Shown: positions 28,936 through 38,272 of the stretch, piece after piece
Layout of the letters: every line of letters starts with the position of its first letter
Position numbering within the stretch: the first letter of the stretch is position 1
Assembly (NCBI GenBank): GCA_041659325.1
Contig: JBAZYN010000002.1
Coordinates: forward strand, 270,082-334,081
Reading direction: 5' to 3'
Length of the DNA stretch: 64,000 nt
Source: Candidatus Shapirobacteria bacterium
Lineage (GTDB): Bacteria > Patescibacteriota > Microgenomatia > UBA12405
Notes under the pieces: model-generated
The model's database searches: none
What the model was told of the DNA's origin: nothing
The model's input: the letters and a program-made list of their open reading frames with translations, nothing else
Program-made: the position numbers and the translations under genes

Positions 28936-29730
28936 TTACTTAATGACTTCGATTTTAACCGATGGGCCCATGGTGGCACAGACGGCGAGTTTTTTAATTT
29001 TAGCCGGGTTGACAACTTTGACAAGCTCGCTGATGTTGGCGGAAAGCTCTTCTTCTGATTGGGAAACCTTGCCGACAACAATGTGAATAATGGGGGCTTT
29101 CTTTTCGGTCTTTACGGCAGTTTTGGCCACTGAGAGCCGGGCGACGGCTTCTTCGGGCTTGTCGGTTAGGGTACCATTTTTTGGATTTGGCATCAGACCT
29201 TTGGGGCCAAGAACACGGGCAAAAGGGAGAAGTTTTGGCATGGTAATGGGAGTGGCAATAAGGATGTCAAAATTTACTTTGCCGTCTTTTATTTCGGCAA
29301 GGACCGCGTCGTTTAGGACAACTATTTTTTTGCCGACGGTTTCCAGATGGGGAAAAGTGATTTCGCCAACAGTCCCAATGTCAAAGGTGGTGATGTGGGC
29401 CTCAATTTTGCCGTCGAATTTGGAGAGGGAAGTAGTTTTTACCAGTTTGACAGCCTCGTTCAGAGGATAATATTTGTTGACGTCAATGTTTTTTTTGGCG
29501 GCAAGATATTTTTTGCCCCTAACTTTGGCGACTCTGACAGTTTTTTCACCGGAGGGTTCTTCTTTAACTTGGGTAGGAATTTCTTCGGCTGGAGTATTTT
29601 TTACTTCTTCAACTGAAGCGTTGCGCCCTTCGACTTTGTCTTGGACTTCCACAGCAAGATCTCCGCCAGAGGCGGATTTCGTTTCACTCAATTTTTTTTT
29701 GAGTTTCATTTCTTGAGAGGTTTTGCTCAT
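28936..29730 (-). CDS. rplA: 50S ribosomal protein L1 (with Lys/Glu-rich N-terminal extension)
   Basis: L1 core (…FDILIATPITMPKL…GPKGLMPNPK…). Position downstream of rplK. Confidence 0.9.
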   Translation of the reverse strand: MSKTSQEMKLKKKLSETKSASGGDLAVEVQDKVEGRNASVEEVKNTPAEEIPTQVKEEPSGEKTVRVAKVRGKKYLAAKKNIDVNKYYPLNEAVKLVKTTSLSKFDGKIEAHITTFDIGTVGEITFPHLETVGKKIVVLNDAVLAEIKDGKVNFDILIATPITMPKLLPFARVLGPKGLMPNPKNGTLTDKPEEAVARLSVAKTAVKTEKKAPIIHIVVGKVSQSEEELSANISELVKVVNPAKIKKLAVCATMGPSVKIEVIK

Positions 29731-29752
29731 TTTTTGATTAAAATTTAACTAG

Positions 29753-29962
29753 TTATGATACCACGAGATCAGCATTAGGTTGATTTTGACGGGGAGTAAG
29801 GCATTCGGTACAGGAAGTGACTTGGAAATTATATTCGGAGAGAAAAAATGCTCTTTGGGGGATGGCTTGGTGGCATGGTTTAGAGAGCTTGTCGCAATAT
29901 GGTCTGTTACCTATAATAACTGTGGTATGGCGGAAATTTTCTGCAGAATATCTAGTAGCCAT
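29753..29962 (-). CDS. Small Cys-rich hypothetical protein (paralog A)
   Basis: 69 aa. Four Cys plus a His are conserved with the adjacent paralog (C…CHQAIPQR…FQVTSCTEC). The opposite strand also carries paralogous ORFs, so strand assignment is uncertain. Confidence 0.3.
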   Translation of the reverse strand: MATRYSAENFRHTTVIIGNRPYCDKLSKPCHQAIPQRAFFLSEYNFQVTSCTECLTPRQNQPNADLVVS

Positions 29963-30028
29963 AATTAATGTTTGAATGAATTATTAACTATCAAATTATA
30001 TCACTATATCAGTTAGGATAGCACAAAA

Positions 30029-30265
30029 TTAGGGTTTAGGTTGGTTTTGACTGAAGGTGCGGCACTTGGCACAGCCGGGAACTTGGAAAGAATATTTAGC
30101 AACAATGTTTACCCTCTGCAGAGGAATAGCTTGATGACATATGGCTATTCTGTCTTTGACCAAATCGCATCGAGGACTTTCGGTACCCAGCCCAACGATA
30201 CATGTAATGCCTGGAAAATCATCTTTGCTATAAGGGAATGTTTGAGCTGCTTCAATTTCGTCCAT
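30029..30265 (-). CDS. Small Cys-rich hypothetical protein (paralog B)
   Basis: 78 aa. C…ICHQAIPLQR…FQVPGCAKC…SQNQPKP, paralogous to ORF 29753..29962. Confidence 0.3.
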   Translation of the reverse strand: MDEIEAAQTFPYSKDDFPGITCIVGLGTESPRCDLVKDRIAICHQAIPLQRVNIVAKYSFQVPGCAKCRTFSQNQPKP

Positions 30266-30315
30266 AGTTGGTTTTACTTAAGGATTATGTATCGAATTAT
30301 ATCATCAAACGGAGT

Positions 30316-30741
30316 TTAGTTTGTTATTTCGAACCCCATTGAGAGGGCGGTGCCGGCGACCATGTGCTTGGCGGCCTCAAGGTCTTTGGTATTTAAGTCA
30401 ACCAATTTGTCTTTGGCAATTTGCTCAATTTGGGACTGGGTGATTTTGCCGATTTTTTCCCGACCGGTGGTGCCGGAACCTTTGGTAATACCGGTGATTT
30501 TTTTGATCATATCGGAGACCGGAGGTTTTTTGATGACAAAGGTGAAAGACCGGTCTTCGTAGATGGTAATGACAGAGGGAATAAGGGAGCCCTTCATGTC
30601 TTTGGTTTTTTCATTAAATTCGTTGCAGAAGTCCATGATCTTGATACCTTTTGGTCCGAGGGCGGTGCCGACGGGGGGAGCGGGATTAGCTGTTCCGGCC
30701 ATGAGGGCCAATTTGACGATACTTGTTATTTTTTTTGCCAT
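30316..30741 (-). CDS. rplK: 50S ribosomal protein L11
   Basis: N-terminal …PAPPVGTALGPKG… is the L11 signature. Confidence 0.92.
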   Translation of the reverse strand: MAKKITSIVKLALMAGTANPAPPVGTALGPKGIKIMDFCNEFNEKTKDMKGSLIPSVITIYEDRSFTFVIKKPPVSDMIKKITGITKGSGTTGREKIGKITQSQIEQIAKDKLVDLNTKDLEAAKHMVAGTALSMGFEITN

Positions 30742-30745
30742 ATAA

Positions 30746-30985
30746 TTATCTGCGGGAGAAAAATTCTAATATTTGTTGACCAAGGGGGATTTTTGCTGAC
30801 TCCATTTTTCGAGCAACTGGAGAGTCCGCAAGGGGTTCTAAGGCCTCAGCCACTTGATCGAGCCCGTTTTGTTGTAAACCATCCACTATTCTTAACATTA
30901 TCTGCGCGCCGGTTGCGATGCCAATACCGGCGAATCCATGGTGTAGTAAGCCTAACCCTGATTGTTCTTGGCCTCGATTAATCAT
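30746..30985 (-). CDS. Small hypothetical protein with glycine-zipper helix
   Basis: 79-aa ORF between nusG and rplK, starting at an internal Met of track ORF 30746..31300. Contains GLGLLHHGFAGIGIATGAQIM. Confidence 0.25.
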   Translation of the reverse strand: MINRGQEQSGLGLLHHGFAGIGIATGAQIMLRIVDGLQQNGLDQVAEALEPLADSPVARKMESAKIPLGQQILEFFSRR

Positions 30986-30989
30986 GAGG

Positions 30990-31586
30990 TTATAATTCTT
31001 TGGTAACCTGTAAAAAGTCAAGTTCGACCGGGGTTTCGCGCTCAAAAAAGGAAACGAGACAGCGGATTTTGCCTTTTTCCTGATCAATAGAATCGATAGT
31101 GCCAATGAAGTCAGCGAAGGGACCGTTGGTGATCTTGACGACGTCGCCGATGCCAAAAGGAGCCTGATATCGTGGCTTGTCTTCTTCGGTAGTTTGAAGT
31201 ATTCTTTCGACTTCTTCCTGAGAGATGGCCGATGGTTGGTTATTGATACCAATAAACCCAGTGACTCCCTGGGTAGTGCGGACAGTGATCCAGGAATCAT
31301 CAGTTAGTTCCATTTGGACAATGACGTAACCCGGAAAAGTTTTCTCCTGGGTTTTTACTTTTTGTCCGCGGCGGATAACCATTTTGCTTTGGATGGGGAC
31401 AATGGCCTGAAAGATCTTGTCTTCGAGGTTCATGGTCTTGATCCTGGTTTTGAGAGCTTCGATGACTTTGTATTCGTGGCCGGAATAGGTGTTTATAACG
31501 TACCATCTGGCATCAAAAGAGGGTTCGTACGAGGAAAGTTTAAAAAGAAACTCTCTTTTGTTGGTTTTGGTTGAAGTTTTTGGCAT
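30990..31586 (-). CDS. nusG: Transcription antitermination factor NusG
   Basis: NGN domain plus KOW motif (…GDVVKITNGPFADFIGTI…). Confidence 0.9.
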   Translation of the reverse strand: MPKTSTKTNKREFLFKLSSYEPSFDARWYVINTYSGHEYKVIEALKTRIKTMNLEDKIFQAIVPIQSKMVIRRGQKVKTQEKTFPGYVIVQMELTDDSWITVRTTQGVTGFIGINNQPSAISQEEVERILQTTEEDKPRYQAPFGIGDVVKITNGPFADFIGTIDSIDQEKGKIRCLVSFFERETPVELDFLQVTKEL

Positions 31587-31587
31587 A

Positions 31588-31890
31588 TTATTTGGTTGTT
31601 GACGGTATAACTGTGGGTTCTGTAATGGTTATGGTGACCATGGCGGCAGAGGGTGAAGAAACCGCTTCCTGCAGACTCGGTTGGTTTGTAGTATTTTGTT
31701 TGTTTTGACCAGTGGTTAAATAACCAATGGCGTTTGTAAAAAGAAAATCGAAACCGCCTAATATTAGGGAGATAGCGATTGAGATAGATATTACCACAAA
31801 AGTAAGCTGAATTAAAGCATCTTTTTTGGGCCAGGTGATATTTTTGAATTCTGTCCTGACTTCATTGATAAACTGACGGATTTTTTGCAT
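31588..31890 (-). CDS. secE: Preprotein translocase subunit SecE
   Basis: FINEVRTEFKNITWPKKDALIQLTFVVISI… matches SecE. Position upstream of nusG. Confidence 0.8.
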   Translation of the reverse strand: MQKIRQFINEVRTEFKNITWPKKDALIQLTFVVISISIAISLILGGFDFLFTNAIGYLTTGQNKQNTTNQPSLQEAVSSPSAAMVTITITEPTVIPSTTK

Positions 31891-31967
31891 GAGGTATTAT
31901 AGCAAGAAGAATGGAAAATATGGTTAGCTTCAACGCAGGCGGGGATGGTGTTATATTAAGGTAAATA

Positions 31968-33380
31968 ATGTCATTTTTGTCGAATAGGTTTATTTTGTTT
32001 TTTTTGGCGGTGTGGGGGTTGTCGATAGTTTTACGGCCCCACAAGAGGGTATATAAATCTTTGATTGTAATTGCCAGTTTTGTTTTTTACGGTTTTTTTG
32101 GGATTTACGGGGTTTTGGTATTGACGGTCGACGTACTGATAAATTATGGGCTTATAAGATTATTGGAGCGGGACAAAGCCAAAAGAGAAATTTTGGGGTT
32201 GGCGGTAGGGTTTAACGTGCTTTTTCTGGCAGCTTATAAATATTTTAATGTTTTTGCGGAGGGGATGGCCGGGCGCGGACTGGGGGTGGGGGCGGAAATA
32301 ATAGTGCCGGTGGGAATTTCTTTTATTACTTTTAAAATAATCAGTGTTTTAGTCGATAGCTATCGGCAAAAAATAAGGGTAAAAAGTTTAGCGGATTACA
32401 TAGCTTTTGTTAGTTTTTTCCCCCAGATTACTGCCGGGCCGATTGGCAGGTATAGGGAGTTTGAGCAGGATTTAAATCGGCTAAACGGATTTGGAGTTGA
32501 TATTTACAAATTGGAGACGGGAAGGTTTTGGACGCTAATGATTGGCGGGTGGTTGAAAATGTATCTAATCGGGGGGGCTTTATTTGAGGTAGTAAATCAA
32601 ACTATTAATTCGCCGCAGAGTTTCGGGCGGGTGGATTTGCTTTTGGGAATGGTGAGTCTGAGTTTTTTTATTTACGCAAATTTTTCTGGTTATTCGGATA
32701 TGTCGGAGGCAGTGGCCGGAGCCTTGGGGTTTAGAACACCTAAAAATTTTGACGATCCATATCGATCGGGGGGGGTGGGGGAGTTTTGGCAAAGATGGCA
32801 TATAAGTTTATCAAGCTGGCTCCGCGATTACCTTTATATACCGCTGGGGGGAAACCGGAAAGGGATGCCCCGGAAATATTTTAATTTATTGGCGACAATG
32901 ACAATTGGGGGAGTTTGGCATGGGGTGGGGGTAAATTTTTTGGTTTGGGGAGGAATACATGGGGTGATGTTAGTGCTAGATCACGCTCTGGGTAATTTAA
33001 TCCGGCCAAAGTTTGTCGGGATAACGAAAGGGATAAAAGCACTTTTTAAAGGAGTGGGGTGGCTTTTGACTTTCGGATTAATAAATATCACCTGGATTAT
33101 TTTTTATCCAAAAAATATAGGGTTTTCAATTAGGTATTTGGAGAATTTGGTTGGTTCAAGAGAGCCTTTGGTGACATTGTGGTCGGTAAAATTAGGATGC
33201 GTGTTGGTATTGTCCGGGATATTGAGTGTTTTTGGAGGTAAAATTCAGGAAACAGTTTCAGGAGTGCTGACAAAAGCGCCGTGGGTGGCTAGATATTTTT
33301 TGCTGATAGCGATATTTTATTTAATAATTTTATTTGGACCTAGTACTTATGTTGCCCCAGCCGCATATTTCAATTTTTAG
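31968..33380 (+). CDS. MBOAT family membrane-bound O-acyltransferase (AlgI/DltB/PatA-like)
   Basis: Multi-transmembrane protein. Conserved His region WHISLSSWLRDYLYIPLGG. Confidence 0.85.
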   Translation: MSFLSNRFILFFLAVWGLSIVLRPHKRVYKSLIVIASFVFYGFFGIYGVLVLTVDVLINYGLIRLLERDKAKREILGLAVGFNVLFLAAYKYFNVFAEGMAGRGLGVGAEIIVPVGISFITFKIISVLVDSYRQKIRVKSLADYIAFVSFFPQITAGPIGRYREFEQDLNRLNGFGVDIYKLETGRFWTLMIGGWLKMYLIGGALFEVVNQTINSPQSFGRVDLLLGMVSLSFFIYANFSGYSDMSEAVAGALGFRTPKNFDDPYRSGGVGEFWQRWHISLSSWLRDYLYIPLGGNRKGMPRKYFNLLATMTIGGVWHGVGVNFLVWGGIHGVMLVLDHALGNLIRPKFVGITKGIKALFKGVGWLLTFGLINITWIIFYPKNIGFSIRYLENLVGSREPLVTLWSVKLGCVLVLSGILSVFGGKIQETVSGVLTKAPWVARYFLLIAIFYLIILFGPSTYVAPAAYFNF

Positions 33381-33411
33381 AAACCTAAGCCAGTCTTGGG
33401 AAAATTGGTTT

Positions 33412-34212
33412 ATGGCGATAATGGTATTGGTTTCGATGGGATTTGTTTTAAAGATTAAAGAAGCGGGTAAACAGGGAGGAATGGTCAATTCTTTAGGTCA
33501 AGTTCAGCCGGTGGTGTCGGTGACGGTAGCGGAAAATCAAGGGCCTACTGAGACTCCTGTTATCAAGAAAAAATTATCTTCGATTTTGATTTTGGGGGAT
33601 TCGATGATAGTGGAGGGGTTTGGACCGAGACTGGCAAATGACTTGGTGGTTTTTCCGAATCTAGAGGTGGCAAGAAGGGGGAAATATTCGACCGGGTTAA
33701 ACAGAAGAGATGTTTTTGACTGGTATAAGGAAACCGTTGATCTGGTGGTGGAACATAAACCAGAGGTGTTGGTGGTAATGTTTGGGGCCAATGACAGTCA
33801 AAATATATTGGATAAGCAGGGTAACCCTTTTGGGCTAGATGAGCCTGAATGGGATGAAGTATATAGGGAGAGGGTAGCGGAATATATGGGACTGGTTTCC
33901 CATATAACGGAAAAAATATATTGGGTGGGGCAACCGGCCGCCCGTGAAGTTGTCTTTTCTGAAAGGTTGAGGCATTTGAATCAGATATATGAGCAAGAGG
34001 CTCAAAAATGGGAAAATATTGAGTATATTTCTACCTGGGAGCGATTTGTCGGAGAAGGAGGTAAATACAGATCGGTGGTGGCTGATAACGAGGGAATAGT
34101 AAAACGGGTAAAGACAGATGACGGAATCCATATGACTAACCATGGTTCCAAAATTATGAGCCGGCTAGTGGTCGAAGAGATTCAAAATGATTATAAACTA
34201 GACTTCAATTAG
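33412..34212 (+). CDS. SGNH/GDSL hydrolase-fold protein (AlgJ/DltD/PatB-like partner of MBOAT)
   Basis: ILILGDS (block I), MFGANDS (block III), DDGIHMT (block V). Internal Met start preferred over track start 33334, which overlaps the MBOAT gene. Confidence 0.65.
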   Translation: MAIMVLVSMGFVLKIKEAGKQGGMVNSLGQVQPVVSVTVAENQGPTETPVIKKKLSSILILGDSMIVEGFGPRLANDLVVFPNLEVARRGKYSTGLNRRDVFDWYKETVDLVVEHKPEVLVVMFGANDSQNILDKQGNPFGLDEPEWDEVYRERVAEYMGLVSHITEKIYWVGQPAAREVVFSERLRHLNQIYEQEAQKWENIEYISTWERFVGEGGKYRSVVADNEGIVKRVKTDDGIHMTNHGSKIMSRLVVEEIQNDYKLDFN

Positions 34213-34278
34213 GGACGGGTGTTATTTGTCGTTTGAGTTTTTTCTGGTTTACAATGGGATTGCAGCACCTTGGGATGT

Positions 34279-34977
34279 TTACGCTTTTTTGCTGGAAGCT
34301 ATTACTGATCCGGCAAGAACGTGAAGGGAGTCATAAACTGTTTGGGCGGCTTCCTGTCCAGTTCTTCTTTCAGCAACTGTGTTGGCAACAGTTTCACAAA
34401 CTTGACGGACTTTTTCAAGAATTTCTGGGGTGGGAGTGTTTGGGGTGAGGGTGAGATGGGACTGGCGTGTTAATGTATCTGCTAATTCCTGTCTCCCCGC
34501 GCCGACAATACATACTCTTGCAAGAACACTAAGAGCGTCGTGTGCTCTTTGCCCGGCTTCCTGCCCCTCACTGCCGGCTTTGATGATTTCCGCTATGTCA
34601 ACGATAGCGATATCAGCAAAATTTGACAGGTCGGTTGATGAAGTATCAGAATTTATCGGAATACCTGGTCTGTGCGCCAGGCTATCAGCTAGTTCCTGTC
34701 TTCCCGCACCGGAAGTAGATGCTCCGGCGAACACATGAAGTTCGTCATAGACTGCTTGTGCGTGGGCTGGTCCCTTTTCTGCGGAGGAGAGAGCTAATGC
34801 AACTCTACTGCAGGCTTTTGCGGTGTAGCTTTGGAGTTGGGCCGATGGAGTTTCGGGAGTGAGGGGTAAATTTGTGACTTTGCCTAGCGCCGATACTATT
34901 TCTGGCCTTGGGGTTATGGCTGATGATGATATTTCTACCTTCAGTTGGGGATGGGAGGGGGTTGTGTCTAGTGTCAT
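34279..34977 (-). CDS. Hypothetical protein built from three ~75-aa internal repeats
   Basis: Repeats share …GQEA.Q.VYD.LHV.AG…GAGRQELAD.L…. GC content and codon usage differ from neighbouring genes. Confidence 0.4.
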   Translation of the reverse strand: MTLDTTPSHPQLKVEISSSAITPRPEIVSALGKVTNLPLTPETPSAQLQSYTAKACSRVALALSSAEKGPAHAQAVYDELHVFAGASTSGAGRQELADSLAHRPGIPINSDTSSTDLSNFADIAIVDIAEIIKAGSEGQEAGQRAHDALSVLARVCIVGAGRQELADTLTRQSHLTLTPNTPTPEILEKVRQVCETVANTVAERRTGQEAAQTVYDSLHVLAGSVIASSKKA

Positions 34978-35091
34978 GGAAATATTATATATTAATTTGA
35001 ATTATTTGATGGGTTTTGATGGGGGAGTGTACCAAAAGTTTGTAGTTGACGGGTACTGCCAGTAGTGGGTATGATGTTAACTATTCACTAT

Positions 35092-35574
35092 ATGTTGTGT
35101 CCATATTGTAAACACCAAGAGTCAAATGTGTTGGAGAGCCGCGATGCTCAAGACGGGAAAGCTACCCGCCGGCGCCGTGAGTGCGTAGGGTGCGGTAAGA
35201 GATTTACGACCTATGAAGAGGTGGGGAATGTTGATCTGAAGGTTATAAAAAAGGACGGGCGGGTGGAAGATTATAACCGGGAGAAGTTGGATAGGTGTTT
35301 TGAAAAGGCTTGTTGGAAGCTGACGGCAGAACAGCGGACGAAATTAATAGATGAGATTGAGATGAAGCTTTTAAATTGGAATAGTGTGGAGATTCCAAGC
35401 AGAGAAATCGGTCTAATGGTTATGGAGAAATTGAGAGGGATTGATCCGGTAGCATACATCCGGTTTGCAACCGTGTATTTGGACGTAAGGTCGATTGATG
35501 ATTTTGAAAAGTTAATAGTTGATTATAAAAAAGGAAAAAATATTTCCAAAGGTTTTAATAAAAAAAATGGATAA
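35092..35574 (+). CDS. nrdR: Transcriptional repressor NrdR
   Basis: MLCPYCKH…CVGCGKRF zinc ribbon plus ATP-cone. Start taken at the Met preceding LCPYC; the track ORF begins at 35065 with GTG. Confidence 0.85.
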   Translation: MLCPYCKHQESNVLESRDAQDGKATRRRRECVGCGKRFTTYEEVGNVDLKVIKKDGRVEDYNREKLDRCFEKACWKLTAEQRTKLIDEIEMKLLNWNSVEIPSREIGLMVMEKLRGIDPVAYIRFATVYLDVRSIDDFEKLIVDYKKGKNISKGFNKKNG

Positions 35575-38044
35575 TTTACCCGAACCACAACTATCAGATA
35601 ATGCCCGGTATATTGCCGAGACCCGATATTCGATGAAAGATCCAAGCGGAGCAAGCCTGGAGAAGGTGGGGGATATTTTTTGGCGGGTAGCGATAAACGT
35701 GGCAAGGGGGAACAAAAGCTTTGGGGCAAACGATACACAGGTAGACAGTACGGCTCGGGAGTTTTATCTTTTAATGGCGGATCAGAAATTTTTTCCCAAC
35801 ACGCCGTGTCTGGTTAACGCTGGGAAAACGCATCAGCAATTGTCGGCCTGTTTTGTTTTGCCGATTGAAGATTCGATGGAGTCGATTCTAAAAACAATGT
35901 CGGATATGGCGATGATCCACAAGAGCGGGGGGGGGACGGGATTTTCTTTTACCCGATTACGGCCGAGCGGGGATTATATATCAACAAGCGGTGGGACAAC
36001 AGTGGGGCCGGTATCGTTTATGCAGGCGTACAACGATGTGACATCCCAGATTAAACAGGGCGGGGTAAGACGGGGAGCGAATATGGGGATGTTGTCGGTT
36101 GACCATCCGGATGTATTGAGGTTTGCAGTAGTAAAACTGGACGAATACAGTTTGACGAATTTTAATATATCTTTGGCGATAACTAATGCTTTCATGGACA
36201 AAATAGAGAGTGACAAAAAGTTTTCGGCAGATGATTCTATCCCCGAAGAGGTGGTTGAAGAGATCAGAGCGGCAGAAGGTAACCGGGATGTAGATGCGAG
36301 GCTGAGACAAGTGGAGGCGGGAGTAAAGAAATTATATGACTGGGCGAAAGCAACGCAAGAAGGAGAGGGCTATCCACTGATAAATCCGAGAACAGGGACA
36401 GAGACAATGAAGTTAAACGCATACAAAGTCTTTAACCTGATAACCCGATTGGCCTGGCAGTATGGTGATCCGGGGTTGGTTTTTATTGACAGAATGAACG
36501 AGGCAAAATCTAATCCCGTACCATCGATGGGGCGGATAGAAGCGACCAATCCGTGTGGTGAACAGCCGCTTTTGCCTTATGATGCCTGTAACCTGGGAAG
36601 TATTAATCTGGCCAAATTTGTGGTTGGAAACGGGGTGGATTGGGAGATATTGGGAAAAACGGTGGAGATGGCGGTGCATTTTTTGGATAACGTGGTTGAA
36701 GTTAATGAATTTCCGGTGGAAAAAATTCGGGAGATGGTTGATAAAACCAGGAGGATTGGCTTGGGGGTAATGGGTTTTGCCGATGCATTGTTCAAACTGG
36801 GGGTTCGGTATGATTCCCCGGAGGGGTTGGAATGGGCGGAAAAGTTTATGAAGTTTATCGAGGAAAAGGCAAAAAAGGCGACGGTGGAATTGGCAAATCA
36901 GCGGGGAGTTTTCCCCAGTTGGCCGATGAGTGTATATTCGGGAACGGATTATAGACCGAGAAATATGGCTCTGACAACGATTGCTCCAACCGGGACAATT
37001 AGTATGATTGCCGATGCCAGTTCCGGGATTGAACCGGTGTTTTCTCTGGCCTATCAAAAAAATGCAGTGGAGGGAAAAACTTTGTATATTGTAAATCCGG
37101 TACTGACGGAAGAGCTTCGGAAAAGGGGTTTGTATACCGAGGATTTGGTAAAAAAAATTGCCGGGAATGGGGGAGTCTTGGGTGGAATTGAGGAGATACC
37201 GGCGGAGATAAAGGAAGTATTTAGAACGGCTCTGGAGATTGAACCGGAGTGGCATATAAAAATCCAGGCGGCTTTTCAAAAGTATGTGGATAATGCGGTC
37301 TCGAAGACGATTAACTTTCCTAAAGAGGCGACGGTGGAAGACGTCCGAAAGTCGTATCTTTTGGCATATTCTCTAGGAACTAAGGGAATTACGATATATC
37401 GGTCGGGATCGAGAGAAAAGGAGGTAATACAAACAGTCTTAAAGTCTCAGAGTCTCAAAGTCGAAAGTCAAAAGGCGGAAGTAGAAATGCCAAAAAAGAA
37501 GAAAACGCCAGATGCGGCCAGGGGGGTACGAATAAAAAAACTTTGCGATATGGGCAACGTTTATACTTCGGTATTTTTTGAGTCCGGGGATGGCCCGGTA
37601 GAGGTTTTTGTGGCTTTGGGAAAAAGCGGAGGCTACATGGCAGGGACGGCAGAAGTGACCGGACGGTTAGCGTCTCTAGCGCTGAAATATGGGGCCAGTT
37701 TGGAGGAAGTGGCCGAGGATTTGGTGGGGATAGCCTGCGGACAGAGAGTGGGGATGGGAAAATTGGCGGTATTGAGTATGTTTGATGCAGTTGGAAAGTC
37801 GTTGCTGGAAATTTCTCAGGGCGAACAGCTGGATTTGTTTAAGGAGGAGAAGGCGGAAATTCAAGTGCCGGTGGTAAACGGAGAGAAAAAAACGGCGGCG
37901 GAGGTGCTGGTGAAGATGAAGGATAGACAGGAATCAGGTGATTCAAAATTCAGTGCTTGCCCGGATTGCGGAAGCCCGTTGTATGCGGAGGAGGGGTGCT
38001 TTAAATGTTCTAATCCGTTTTGCGGGTACAGTAAGTGCTCGTAA
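35567..38044 (+). CDS. nrdJ: Ribonucleoside-diphosphate/triphosphate reductase, class II (adenosylcobalamin-dependent)
   Basis: FFPNTPCLVNAG, NPCGEQPL, C-terminal CPDCGS…CFKCSNPFCG. Gene immediately follows nrdR. An in-frame repeat insertion LKSQSLKVESQK sits in a linker. Confidence 0.88.
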   Translation: MDNLPEPQLSDNARYIAETRYSMKDPSGASLEKVGDIFWRVAINVARGNKSFGANDTQVDSTAREFYLLMADQKFFPNTPCLVNAGKTHQQLSACFVLPIEDSMESILKTMSDMAMIHKSGGGTGFSFTRLRPSGDYISTSGGTTVGPVSFMQAYNDVTSQIKQGGVRRGANMGMLSVDHPDVLRFAVVKLDEYSLTNFNISLAITNAFMDKIESDKKFSADDSIPEEVVEEIRAAEGNRDVDARLRQVEAGVKKLYDWAKATQEGEGYPLINPRTGTETMKLNAYKVFNLITRLAWQYGDPGLVFIDRMNEAKSNPVPSMGRIEATNPCGEQPLLPYDACNLGSINLAKFVVGNGVDWEILGKTVEMAVHFLDNVVEVNEFPVEKIREMVDKTRRIGLGVMGFADALFKLGVRYDSPEGLEWAEKFMKFIEEKAKKATVELANQRGVFPSWPMSVYSGTDYRPRNMALTTIAPTGTISMIADASSGIEPVFSLAYQKNAVEGKTLYIVNPVLTEELRKRGLYTEDLVKKIAGNGGVLGGIEEIPAEIKEVFRTALEIEPEWHIKIQAAFQKYVDNAVSKTINFPKEATVEDVRKSYLLAYSLGTKGITIYRSGSREKEVIQTVLKSQSLKVESQKAEVEMPKKKKTPDAARGVRIKKLCDMGNVYTSVFFESGDGPVEVFVALGKSGGYMAGTAEVTGRLASLALKYGASLEEVAEDLVGIACGQRVGMGKLAVLSMFDAVGKSLLEISQGEQLDLFKEEKAEIQVPVVNGEKKTAAEVLVKMKDRQESGDSKFSACPDCGSPLYAEEGCFKCSNPFCGYSKCS

Positions 38045-38081
38045 ATATAATTACGAATTATCAATTACGAATTACGAATTA

Positions 38082-38240
38082 AAATCAAAATCTCCCCCTG
38101 CCCCCTCTTTGAGGAAAGAGGGGAAAATATAACGTCAAACGTCATTGCGAAGGAAGGAATGACTGCGGCAATCTTAACAAGATTGCTTTGTCGTTTGGAA
38201 TCCTCCCTCCATGGGCGGGTAGGCGCAATGACGTGAAGTA
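38082..38240. repeat. Composite GC-rich hairpin repeat element (intergenic)
   Basis: cccctctttgaggaaagagggg hairpin plus …caagattgc… and …gcgcaatgacg… modules. These are shared with elements at ~18402-18465, 18922-18992, 60318-60440 and 11872-11958, and with the in-frame copy in murB (~10205-10262). Confidence 0.6.
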
Positions 38241-38272
38241 TACTAATTATAAAATTATTAATTAAAAAAAAT

